From Cyanidioschyzon merolae (lineage: Eukaryota), in NCBI GenBank assembly GCA_000091205.1, contig AP006489.2: DNA of 64,000 nucleotides. One strand, 5' to 3'. The position numbers and the translations under genes were made by a program. The notes beneath the pieces were generated by a model. That model was not told the origin of the DNA. It worked only from the letters and a program-made list of their open reading frames with translations, and made no database searches. Positions 22,461 through 32,333 of the stretch are shown in pieces. The stretch's first letter is position 1. Every line of letters begins with the position of its first letter.

Positions 22461-22984
22461 ATTTGATTTGACAAGTTCTCGGAAAGTTCGGCTGGAGCTT
22501 GTGTCCAAACAGCGTCAGGCCGACGTCGAGTGTGTTTTTCCTCGTCAGGCCAGCGGCACGAGTTGCTGCATCCATGCATTGCCATGAGATCGAAGTATAG
22601 AAAATTTGGAGAATGCATGGTTTCGGCATGCGGGACGTTTGCAACATTAGAAAATTGGAGGTGTGTACATACGCACTGGATAACGATATTCGTTATTCTA
22701 CGAGCACGCGTTCACTAGCGACGCCAATCATGACGAATTCGTTGACAGCACGCATTCTGGCGGCAGCGTCCCAAAAGATCGATTCCGATGAACGCGACCG
22801 TGAAACCCAAAACAACGAATGATTCGATGAGCCCTGATTCATGACCTTCGAAAGCCGAACCTGTACAGCTTCAAAAAAACTTTCGGAAAAATATTCCAAT
22901 GGTACGAACAGAGCAACCAGTTTAGCGTTCGGTTTTCCGCTTTACGGATTCAAAGCACCGCACCTGGTGCAAGCCGCAACTGCA

Positions 22985-23565
22985 GCGCGGCGCCAGCGCG
23001 GACGCCCACCCCCTGCCAGCGTGGGGCCCATGGAGGTATCGTCTGCTTAGTCTCTAAAGTGGTAATCTATGGTAGTTTTATGCAGAATGACTTGGCAGGC
23101 GCTATGGACCGCGAGGGCGCTGCGCTCGCGTAGCAGATCGTGCAGTTTTATGCGTTGGTAATATAGTGACGCGCATGCGCTTGCGCGGACGCCCACTCCC
23201 TGCCAGCGTGGGGCCCATGGAGGTATCGTCTGCTTAGTCTCTAAAGTGGTAATCTATGGTAGTTTTATGCAGAATGACTTGGCAGGCGCTATGGACCGCG
23301 AGGGCGCTGCGCTCGCGTAGCAGATCGTGCAGTTTTATGCGTTGGTAATATAGTGACGCGCATGCGCTTGCGCGGACGCCCACTCCCTGCCAGCGTGGGG
23401 CCCATGGAGGTATCGTCTGCTTAGTCTCTAAAGTGGTAATCTATGGTAGTTTTATGCAGAATGACTTGGCAGGCGCTATGGACCGCGAGGGCGCTGCGCT
23501 CGCGTAGCATATCGTGCAGTTTTATGCGTTGGAGATATAGTGACGCGCATGCGCTTGCGCGGACG
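22985..23565. repeat. Tandem array of a 179-bp unit, about 3.2 copies, ending inside the 5' end of the PcyA ORF
   Basis: Unit gcgcttgcgcggacgcccactccctgccagcgtggggcccatggaggtatcgtctgcttagtctctaaagtggtaatctatggtagttttatgcagaatgacttggcaggcgctatggaccgcgagggcgctgcgctcgcgtagcagatcgtgcagttttatgcgttggtaatatagtgacgcgcatgc recurs at about 22997, 23176 and 23355. The first copy is slightly diverged. Confidence 0.9.
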
Positions 23566-24526
23566 GCTATTACTTGCCAAAGCTGACCATCCTGCCGCTT
23601 CACTTGAGCTGTGTGTACGCATGGCTTTTCTTGCAAGCAGTTGCGTAACAACTGCGCATCCGCTAACCCGTCGTTCAGCGAAGCAGCGCTGTGCGGCAGG
23701 GGTCCACGTGCGTCGCGCGTTGCTGGCCTCAGGTGCTGCTGGCGAGCGAAGGTTGCGGCGCGTGCAGCACCCACTGATTCAAAGACTCGCTGAGGGCATA
23801 GAGCGCACTTGGCAGACAGAGCTGCATGACCTTGCGCCGTTTCACCTACCAGAGGACCTAGGCTACATCGAAGGGAAACTCGAAGGCGAGAGAGTCGTTA
23901 TCGAGAATGTCTGTCATCAGAGTCCGGCCTTTCGAAAAATGCATCTGGAGCTAGCACGTGTCGGGACCTCCCAGACCGCGTCCTTGGATATTCTGCACTG
24001 TGTTATGTTCCCGTGCGCTGGGCGCGTCGGAACCAATGTACCCATGTTCGGCTGTGATATTGTAGCGGGACGGGGAGCGGTATCCGCAGCGATCGTCGAC
24101 CTGTCGCCAGTCAGCGCCTCGCGAGAACTGCCGCCGAGCTACCGAGACGCACTGCAGTCGCCGGAAATGGCTGCGCTTCGACGTTTTCGCCAGGTACGCG
24201 AGTTGCCGGCTTGGGGTCGCGAGATCTTCTCCGAATTCTGCGTTTTCATACGCCCGGTGCAGACACCCGAATGCAATGAAGAGGATCGCTTCGTGGATTT
24301 AGTATTGCGGATGCTCCGGATTCACTGCCATCTAGCACAGAAGAGCACGAGCACACCACATCTGGACCAGGTAAGAGAGGCCCTGGAGGGCCAGATTCAC
24401 TACTGTCGAAAACAGCAGGAGAATGACAAAACGCGCCGTGTCCTGGAGAGTGCTTTCGGTAAACCCTGGACGGAGCGCTACATTAGCACGGTGTTGTTTG
24501 ATTCGCCGGTGCTGGCAGCGAACTAG
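23549..24526 (+). CDS. pcyA: Phycocyanobilin:ferredoxin oxidoreductase (ferredoxin-dependent bilin reductase, PcyA type) with an N-terminal presequence. Start is ambiguous (23549 or 23621).
   Basis: [50 protein letters not shown]...[23 protein letters not shown]...[24 protein letters not shown]...[34 protein letters not shown] closely follows cyanobacterial PcyA as I recall it. The track start at 23540 is GTG, and ATG 23549 lies inside the last tandem-repeat unit. Confidence 0.85.
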   Translation: MRLRGRLLLAKADHPAASLELCVRMAFLASSCVTTAHPLTRRSAKQRCAAGVHVRRALLASGAAGERRLRRVQHPLIQRLAEGIERTWQTELHDLAPFHLPEDLGYIEGKLEGERVVIENVCHQSPAFRKMHLELARVGTSQTASLDILHCVMFPCAGRVGTNVPMFGCDIVAGRGAVSAAIVDLSPVSASRELPPSYRDALQSPEMAALRRFRQVRELPAWGREIFSEFCVFIRPVQTPECNEEDRFVDLVLRMLRIHCHLAQKSTSTPHLDQVREALEGQIHYCRKQQENDKTRRVLESAFGKPWTERYISTVLFDSPVLAAN

Positions 24527-25075
24527 ATTACCTTTTGGTAATGCTGTCAAGTGAGTACATGTACAACACGCAAGATGCATTTAGCATTGTAGTCGAGTGG
24601 AGTTCTAGGAGCCGCTCGGTACAAGCTCTTTTCCTGTTGCAGTGCCACGGCGGCGCGGTGTCGTCAGCTGGCGAAGAGGCCTCCACCAGAACCTGAACGT
24701 AAGCGACGCCGCGCTGTACGCTGCCTATTCACCGAGGACGCATCCATGAAACCAACGTGAAACGCATGGCAATGCCGCATGGGTCGTAACGCGAATGCGA
24801 ATGCCGCACAGCGCCTTTTGCATGACGATGATGGATGCAAACCTCCCGATATTTGTGTCGAGTGCCGGATGATGACTGGATGCACGTGCACGTGAAGTCG
24901 AATGGACAGGATGCTGCGGCTGGTACAGCGGCATCGGTCGCTGCCTGCACGGTACAAGCTGTCATGGAATGCGCGCCACTCGAGGGCATTCCATAATAGG
25001 ATATGTGCTCGCTTTGCGCTGGGGTCATGTTGGGAGTACCTGCAACGCGCATCATGCGTTGGACCAGACCGGCGC

Positions 25076-25682
25076 GAATGGAGTCTAGAGTGGGTATCGT
25101 CGAAAAATACAAGTCTATGATCGTTGACGAATTGCCCACGACAATCGTTACCAGTAGAAAGAGATAGAGAGAGAGCTATGCGGCGCGTCAGGCTTGCTTA
25201 GTCGCTGAACCCCTCCATACCAGTCCCTTGATCAACGCGAGCATCCAGAGCGGTATCTCCTGGTCACCGAGTTTTTGCATCGGAATGCAGCTGCGTTTCA
25301 GTACAATGGCCGCACAGAGTGCGAAACGAGTCTCGTTCAAGTTCGCTCGACACGAAACCGCTGGACGCGACTGAAGCGCAGGACATTTCCGGGTATCGAT
25401 CGCTGCATGCAAGTAGCGGTTCGGAAAGTGCATGCCCTGCTGGGTACTGGTGGCATCGCAACACAGCAAGTGTCACCACCAGGTCGATAGTCGCGCCATC
25501 TGATGTTGCATCAGTTACCCGATGTACGATCTTGTGAGTCTGGCTATGTTTCACGCGCCTCTACGCTGCCGGATTCAACAGGCACCTGTGCTCGCGATAC
25601 ACGTACTTTGTCCTTATTCATTCGCGAAACTCGCATAGATCCGATTGCTGGACTCGGTGTATGCTCCTGTCGATGGAGCTGG
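25076..25682. repeat. Dispersed 606-bp repeat, copy 2 (direct orientation relative to 17431-18037)
   Basis: See copy 1. The duplicated ORFs in the track (17544..17825 and 25188..25469) are identical. Confidence 0.9.
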
Positions 25683-27866
25683 GGTGTGGATTTTGCGGGC
25701 GGCAGCGCATCCAGCACCATAGGCTATTACCGAACGATGAGACTGGCATGTCATTTTTTCTGGTGCACTGAATAAATTGGCGAATGCACGCGTCTTGGCT
25801 CCGAACAATCAAACCCATTCGCGACGTGAGCCCGGTCTTTTGAACTCCTGCAAATGATCGTTTGCGCATAAGATGTAAAGACGTTCATGTACACGCTGAA
25901 TAAAACCTCCAATGTATCTCGCTCCGCTCCATGCAGTACGGGGTGCATCGACATGCGTTCTGACGTGGTCATGTCGCTCGTTGGTATGCCTCGTGACGCC
26001 CATTTAACTCGAATTTCGATCAAAACAAACGCTGGAGTGATAGAGTATCTGCATTCGGCTCGGGTCTTTGGCTTCATCCCCTTGATTTAGCGGCCTTGGC
26101 GACGACCGCGACACCGTGAACTACGGGTTCCAGGCTCACCACGAGGCTTTTCTCGTTGTCAATTGTGAACGGTTGGCAGTGAAGCTCGTTGCTCGACTCT
26201 GGTCCAGATGCTGCGAACTGCATGCAGATTGATGTTCCGTGGGTCTCCCGTATCCCTGAAAACTTCTATCTATTTGTTTCCTGTAAAACGAGAAACAATG
26301 TACGCGCTACGCCAATCCTTTTCGCAAAGCTGTTTGAGTCGTTCGTAGTTGCTCGCAGTAACTAGCTCCTTCTTCGCCTTGTCTTTTACTTGGCGGGTTG
26401 GTATACATAGGGTCACTGTACGCGATATACGGTTATTTTACTCGGAATGCAGACGAACGGAATGGGCAGCGGTACCAAATTTCGCCTTTTATAATCGTAT
26501 ACCCTCTATTGTACAAGTGGCGTTTCTTATCTTCTCCGCCGAATGCACGTCCATGGACCGAAGCGTGTCCCTCTGCTCCCGAGCGTATTCGAGCAGGAAA
26601 GCAACCCCGCAATTCATGGCTGGCGAAAGTGGACACGGACTTGTCTACTGGTACATTAGTAATAAATAGTGTTTTGTCAACAGAGAAGACGCTTTCAATT
26701 TGAATGAACCGGAATGAATAGGCTGGTTCGAAGAGCACCTCAACGACGCACTGCGCTCCATGGTCGTTGTTGATTGACGGAAAACGACCTTGTCGAAAAG
26801 CAGGACAAAAGCATGCCGGTCGGAGATCCCACGAAACGTGCTTCGACGACAGATGAGGTTTCCCATGACCCTTCCTGTATGGCAACTTGTCAGCGATTCC
26901 ATGACAGCGTCGCCACACGGGCTGATCTCGTCTCCATGTTCGCTTGATTCTCCTTTCCGAAAAGCGGCTCTCCCATTTTTGAGAACGCAATATCCATCGC
27001 CTCTATTTTCCCACGAATAACGTCCGATCGAATGAGGCGTTCATCCGTTCCTACTGAAACAAGCGTTTCCATTGCAGCACCAAGTCGATTACGCGACACA
27101 GAACGCACGAGCGAGTCTCGCCGCTGAAGCGCGCTTCTCCCTGGCTCCACCCGAGTATCTCTATCAGCCTCGGTATGAAGCATCCTGGAACTGCATATAT
27201 GCTGTGCCTCTCATGCTGGTGTTTCCTGGAGCATGCACGTCGTGGAATGATCTGAGCAGCACGCTCAAGTGTAGAGAACATGTATGGTGCATTCTGCTTT
27301 TTTTTGAGCGCACGACGTCCATGATCTCGACAACGACCGGGACGATTCATGCGTTCTCTCTGACCCTCGTATGACGAACTTGTAAGCGTCGGGTCTGTCG
27401 TTGACCAGCCAGCAGTGACGCCATCGAGTCTCATCGCGAGCTTTCGCCGACCAACAGGAATCGTTCTTGTTGTTGAATACCACCGAGAGGACCGAATAAA
27501 ACCAGAAACGGCATGCTGGTACGGGCATTCCGGATAAGCACAAGCACGTCAGTGGTCGATACCTTTACGTCACGCGCATCCTCAGCACCGATTCCTACGT
27601 ACCCTAGTCTCTATAGTTGCTCATAACTGAGACGAATATGACGGAACATGTCGCTCGCCTCCTTCGATTCGCATGCCGCTCACGACCGTCTCCGCGAGAC
27701 GTGCACACTTCACGCTGCGAAAGAGGAGAGCGCTCTCACCTGAGCGCTTTCCAGTTGACCGTATGTAGAAGAGAAACTGCTTTTCGTGGAGATATCTCCC
27801 GTGAAGCCCACGCAGCGCCAACCCTGTGCCACAAAGACCGCACGATTCTAATACCATCACTGCTAT

Positions 27867-30800
27867 TTACGAACCTTGGAGTAATCGGGAAACTTCCTCT
27901 TGCAGAGCTGCAAGTGCGGCATCCAGCGAGGTAGCATCACGGCCGCCTGCCTGGGCTTGGGTAGGTTTTCCACCACCGCCACCGCGGCACCGCTTTGCTG
28001 CCGCCTGTAGTAACCGACCCATATGCACGGGCGTCTCGCTAGCCACGAGCGGTGTACAGCGGCCGACCATGATCACTTGTTGCGCACTGGGTGCTGCTGC
28101 TGCTGCTAGCACTACGATACCTCGATCACCAAGTTGCGAGAGGATGGCGTCGGCAGCGGCACCGAGGATATCGTTGTCCCAGGAGCCGAGCGCCGTTCCC
28201 ACTGCGTCTACTTGATCCAGACGCTTGATGAGCAACGCCACCGGCTTGCCAGTCTCTTGTCTGAGCTGCTGCGTTGGCAAGCAGCGCATTGCGAGCGCTT
28301 TGGCAAGCTCTGTGCGCGCACTCGCCGCCTGTCGCTCTAGCAGCTTGTTTTCGTTCAGTAATGCCTCAGCTCGTGCCACGAGCTCGGCGCTTTGGGTCAC
28401 CCGCAAAGTCTGCTGCAGGGTACGCACCAAGAGATCCCGCTGGTTCAGGAAATCGCGAGCGGCCTGCCCGCATATCGCCTCAATCCGCCGAACACCCGAG
28501 GATATGCTACTCTCGCTTAGGACATGAAAGAGGCCAACTTCTGCTGTGTTGCGGACATGGGTGCCTCCACAAAGCTCCATAGAGACCCCTGGCACATTGA
28601 CGACCCGCACCACATCACCGTACTTTTCGCCGAACATCGCGATTGCACCGCGCTGAACCGCTTCCGGATACGGCAGATGCTCTACGATCAACGGATGTGC
28701 TTCGTCAATCCACTGATTGACGAGCTCACTCACCAGCTCCAGTTCACGGTCGGTGAGCGCTCTCGGAGCCGTAAAATCAAAGCGTAGACGCTCTGAGTCG
28801 ACAAGCGACCCCGCCTGGGCGACCTGATCAGCACCAAGGACTTGGCGGAGTGCAGCCTGCAGAAGATGCGTACCTGTGTGGTGTGCCCGAATCCGACGAC
28901 GACGGGCTGCGTCAATACGAGCGGTTACGACGTCACCCACGTGTAGGTCAGCAGAGGTGCCATCCAGGGAGGCTGTATGGATCCAGGCATTGCCCAGCTG
29001 TTGCACGTCGGCAACTCGTAGCGCTATTCGCGGTTCCCGCTGCACCAGCTGCAATTCACCGGTGTCGGCAACCTGTCCTCCGCCTTCAGCATAGAAGGGG
29101 GTGCGGTCCAAAATGACTTGCACTTTGTTCAGCGACCCTTCGGGTACGCTGGCGAGGCTCTGCACTGCCTTGCCATCCACGATAAGGGCCACAATGCGCG
29201 CAGTGGCGACTTGCTCCTGCTCGTAACCAACAAACTCGGTACGGTCTATAGCGGTGCCGTTGCCGCCCAGCTGTGCGACAAGTTCGCTCTCGGCGGGCAG
29301 ATCGATGCTACCCGGTCGACCGCGCTCACGTGCTCGTGCTCGTTGTGCCTCCATACAGCGCTGGAAGGCGTCCATATCGATCTGGAGACCCTGCTCAGCA
29401 GCGATTTCCTGTGTCATCTCAACGGGAAAGCCGTACGTGTCGTAGAGCTCGAAAGCGTCCTCCCCTGAGATATGCCCCCGATTTTCGCGCAAAAGTTCAG
29501 CGAGTAGGGCTTCACCACGTTCCAGCGTTTGCCGAAAACGCACTTCCTCCATCTGCAACTCTCGTGTGATACGAGCGCGATGCTCAGCAACGTGCAAGTA
29601 GCCGGCGTCTGCGGCTAGCGCTACGGCAGTGCCCGCGACCACTTCAGTGAACGCCTGCTCAATACCCAGTTGACGCCCGTGACGAACCATACGGCGAATG
29701 AGGCGCCGCAGCACATACCCACGCCCCAGGTTTGAGGGCTGCACGCCGTCTGCTAACAGGTGGACGACGGCTCGAGCGTGGTCTGCAACGATCTTCGCAG
29801 AAACTCGTTCGCGTTCAGATAGGGAAGCGTACGCCCGGCCGGCAAGCTCCGCCGTCTTGTCAAGCAACGGCCGCATCAGGTCCGTCTCGTAGTTATTCGG
29901 TACACCCTGGAGCACCTGCGCGATTCGCTCCAGTCCCATACCGGTGTCAATGTTTCTGGCTTGCAGGGGCATAAGGCGTCCTTCGGTATCTCGATTAAAC
30001 TCCATGAAAACCAAATTGTACAGTTCAATAAAACGCTCATCGTCATTGAGGTCCAGAATACCCGTTCCGGCGGTGGCCGGCGGCACGCTCGTCTCGTGTC
30101 CGCCGGATGCGACATTCGTGCCCAGCTCCGGCTTAAAGTCGTAGTAGACTTCTGAGCAAGGCCCACAGGGACCGGTCGGTCCACTCGACCAGAAGTTATC
30201 GGTTTCGCTCATGCGAACGATGCGGTGTTCGGGGAGTCCCACCACGTCACGCCAGATCTCGTAGGCCTCCTGATCAGCGTGCAGAACGGATACACAGAGT
30301 CGTTCGCGCGGAATGCCGTACACCTCGGTAATGAGCTCCCAAGCCCACCGGATCGATTGCTCTTTGAAATAATCACCGAAGGAAAAATTTCCCAGCATTT
30401 CAAAAAAGGTGTGGTGTCGTTTGGTGCGTCCAACGTTCTCGATATCATTCGTGCGCAAGCACCGCTGCGCTGAGACTGCTCTTGGGGGATCCGGAGGCTG
30501 CCGCTGCCCCAGAAAGATCGGCTTGAAGGGCACCATGCCCGCTATCGTGAGCAGAATCGTGGGGTCGTCCGGAACCAGAGACGCGGACGGCACAACCCGG
30601 TGTCCTCTTTGCTGATAAAACTCCAGAAACGCAGCCCTAATTTCGTTTGATGATAAGCGTTTTCCGACAGCTACGCGTTCCGCTGCTTTCTTGCGGGCAG
30701 TCGCCTCAGGCGATAAGGTTGCTATCAGCGCCGGGCGAGCACTCCGTTGTGGTCGAGAGAGCGCTCGTTCTCTCTTCGCATACCGATTGATACGTGGACA

Positions 30801-30962
30801 CCACTTCCAACGCGGTAGTGTCCCAGTAGCGTAGTCTCGTAGTGACCATGGTGTCGACCAGGACACCAGGTTGCGCGGCACAAGTTGGCGCAGGCTCGTC
30901 GTTGCCCACTGCATACCTTGTGGTGAATTGGCGAAGCCAAAGGTGTGTTCTTTCAGGTCCAT
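27867..30962 (-). CDS. Alanyl-tRNA synthetase with an N-terminal extension (possible organellar or dual targeting). First ATG used; the track start at 31010 is GTG.
   Basis: Class II AlaRS catalytic core (FLEFYQQRGH..PSASLVP..DPTILLT, FEMLGNFSFGDYFK), editing domain (HTGTHLL..GEKYGD..VEL CGGTHV) and C-terminal DHHA1-like region, all in one uninterrupted ORF. Confidence 0.93.
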   Translation of the reverse strand: MDLKEHTFGFANSPQGMQWATTSLRQLVPRNLVSWSTPWSLRDYATGTLPRWKWCPRINRYAKRERALSRPQRSARPALIATLSPEATARKKAAERVAVGKRLSSNEIRAAFLEFYQQRGHRVVPSASLVPDDPTILLTIAGMVPFKPIFLGQRQPPDPPRAVSAQRCLRTNDIENVGRTKRHHTFFEMLGNFSFGDYFKEQSIRWAWELITEVYGIPRERLCVSVLHADQEAYEIWRDVVGLPEHRIVRMSETDNFWSSGPTGPCGPCSEVYYDFKPELGTNVASGGHETSVPPATAGTGILDLNDDERFIELYNLVFMEFNRDTEGRLMPLQARNIDTGMGLERIAQVLQGVPNNYETDLMRPLLDKTAELAGRAYASLSERERVSAKIVADHARAVVHLLADGVQPSNLGRGYVLRRLIRRMVRHGRQLGIEQAFTEVVAGTAVALAADAGYLHVAEHRARITRELQMEEVRFRQTLERGEALLAELLRENRGHISGEDAFELYDTYGFPVEMTQEIAAEQGLQIDMDAFQRCMEAQRARARERGRPGSIDLPAESELVAQLGGNGTAIDRTEFVGYEQEQVATARIVALIVDGKAVQSLASVPEGSLNKVQVILDRTPFYAEGGGQVADTGELQLVQREPRIALRVADVQQLGNAWIHTASLDGTSADLHVGDVVTARIDAARRRRIRAHHTGTHLLQAALRQVLGADQVAQAGSLVDSERLRFDFTAPRALTDRELELVSELVNQWIDEAHPLIVEHLPYPEAVQRGAIAMFGEKYGDVVRVVNVPGVSMELCGGTHVRNTAEVGLFHVLSESSISSGVRRIEAICGQAARDFLNQRDLLVRTLQQTLRVTQSAELVARAEALLNENKLLERQAASARTELAKALAMRCLPTQQLRQETGKPVALLIKRLDQVDAVGTALGSWDNDILGAAADAILSQLGDRGIVVLAAAAAPSAQQVIMVGRCTPLVASETPVHMGRLLQAAAKRCRGGGGGKPTQAQAGGRDATSLDAALAALQEEVSRLLQGS

Positions 30963-31221
30963 GAGGAACAGCACTCCAGCGCCTTGCTCCGTATGTCTGA
31001 AGTTCCGCACAGTCAGTAAAACCGGTCTTTGACACCTTCACGATGAGAAAGACGACGTCTCGAAAATGCAGAGGCGTATCGTGCTCACACCTCGCTCGCC
31101 GGTGGACTAGCACGGCTGATGGTACGGGAGCCGGGGCGAACGTCGCATCTCCGGCCGGCGGTCGGTGGCTTGATCATCACCTGGCTCAGCGAGGTACAGC
31201 ATTGAGCATCTGAGCGGTTGT

Positions 31222-31556
31222 ATGGTACTCTGGACGGAGCTGGTGAAGGAAACGCAGCTATGATAGATCTCTCGTTGTTGTATAGGCTGTATAGAGCAAT
31301 ATAGGCGAAAGAGAACGCAACCGATTCCTGTTTATCAATGAATGAACACTCTCTGGTCAAGCAGGTGTCTCTGGATAACGTTCTTTTTTGGAGATTTCGA
31401 CGGAGCTGGTGAAGGAAACGCAGCTATGATAGATCTCTCGTTGTTACATAGGCTGTATAGAGCAATATAGGCGAAAGAGAACGCAACCGATTCCTGTTTA
31501 TCAATGAATGAACACTCTCTGGTGAAGCAGGTGTCTCTCGATAGAGAATTAGCAGC
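31222..31556. repeat. Tandem duplication, 2 units of about 167 bp, roughly 200-550 bp upstream of the AlaRS start
   Basis: cggagctggtgaaggaaacgcagctatgatagatctctcgttgtt.tataggctgtatagagcaatataggcgaaagagaacgcaaccgattcctgtttatcaatgaatgaacactctctggt.aagcaggtgtctct occurs twice (about 31225 and 31400) with 2-3 mismatches. Confidence 0.85.
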
Positions 31557-32333
31557 CTGATGTCGCGGGTCTGTCGAGAGCAGACTCCTTCAGGCGACAC
31601 ACAGCTTGCTGAGCTGCTGTGCCCAAACGGCATTTCTGTAGGGCATTGCGAGCTTAGTGCCTCCCAGTGCTGGGCTTGGGTCGGAACAACGCCGGTTCTT
31701 GCCTCGAACAGCGTCGCTTTCGGGGTACACTGCACCAGAGTTTCCCAGCGAACGCGCGGCAGAGTCCCAGCTGCTTCTGGCGCGTGTGCTCGTACAGCGC
31801 AGCGTCATCGCACTTGGTCCAACTCGCAAAGCAATCCGTCCTAGCGGACTGCTATGCAGCCACTGCGGTGTTTCCAGCTGCGTTTGGTGTGCGAAACAGA
31901 CGGCAATAGGTCCAGCATGCACTGCACTGCCATGATGCCAACGAAACAGCTCCCTGAAGTAGACAGGGAGACTCGCGATCTAGTTCCGGTGCCGTGAACG
32001 TTATCTACGCTGCATATGGTACTGGCGTTGCGCGTTTGTTGCACAAGCGCCGAGTCGCCACAGAAGCAAAGGTCGCGTTTCATACTCGGTTGAACAGATC
32101 AAGGCAAAGCTGGGTGTTTCCGTGGTTCGATGCGCATACGCTCGTTCCCAGTAAGTACGCAAACTGCCGAATAGCGAGCGTTGAGCGCGTGGCACCCTCT
32201 TGCCGCGAATCACACATTTGATGAGGCATTGCACCATGCAGCACCGGACAGCGCGTCGAGCGCACATGTTTGTATCCTAGCGTCCGTTGAAAAAAACGAC
32301 CATACCAGAGATATCATATAGGCAAGTGTGTGC

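Noticed and set aside
22985-23565. Multiple in-phase ATGs in the 179-bp array as alternative PcyA starts
   Set aside because: Only the last unit is in frame with the downstream ORF. Translation from within a tandem repeat is unlikely, and the 23621 ATG gives a typical transit peptide.
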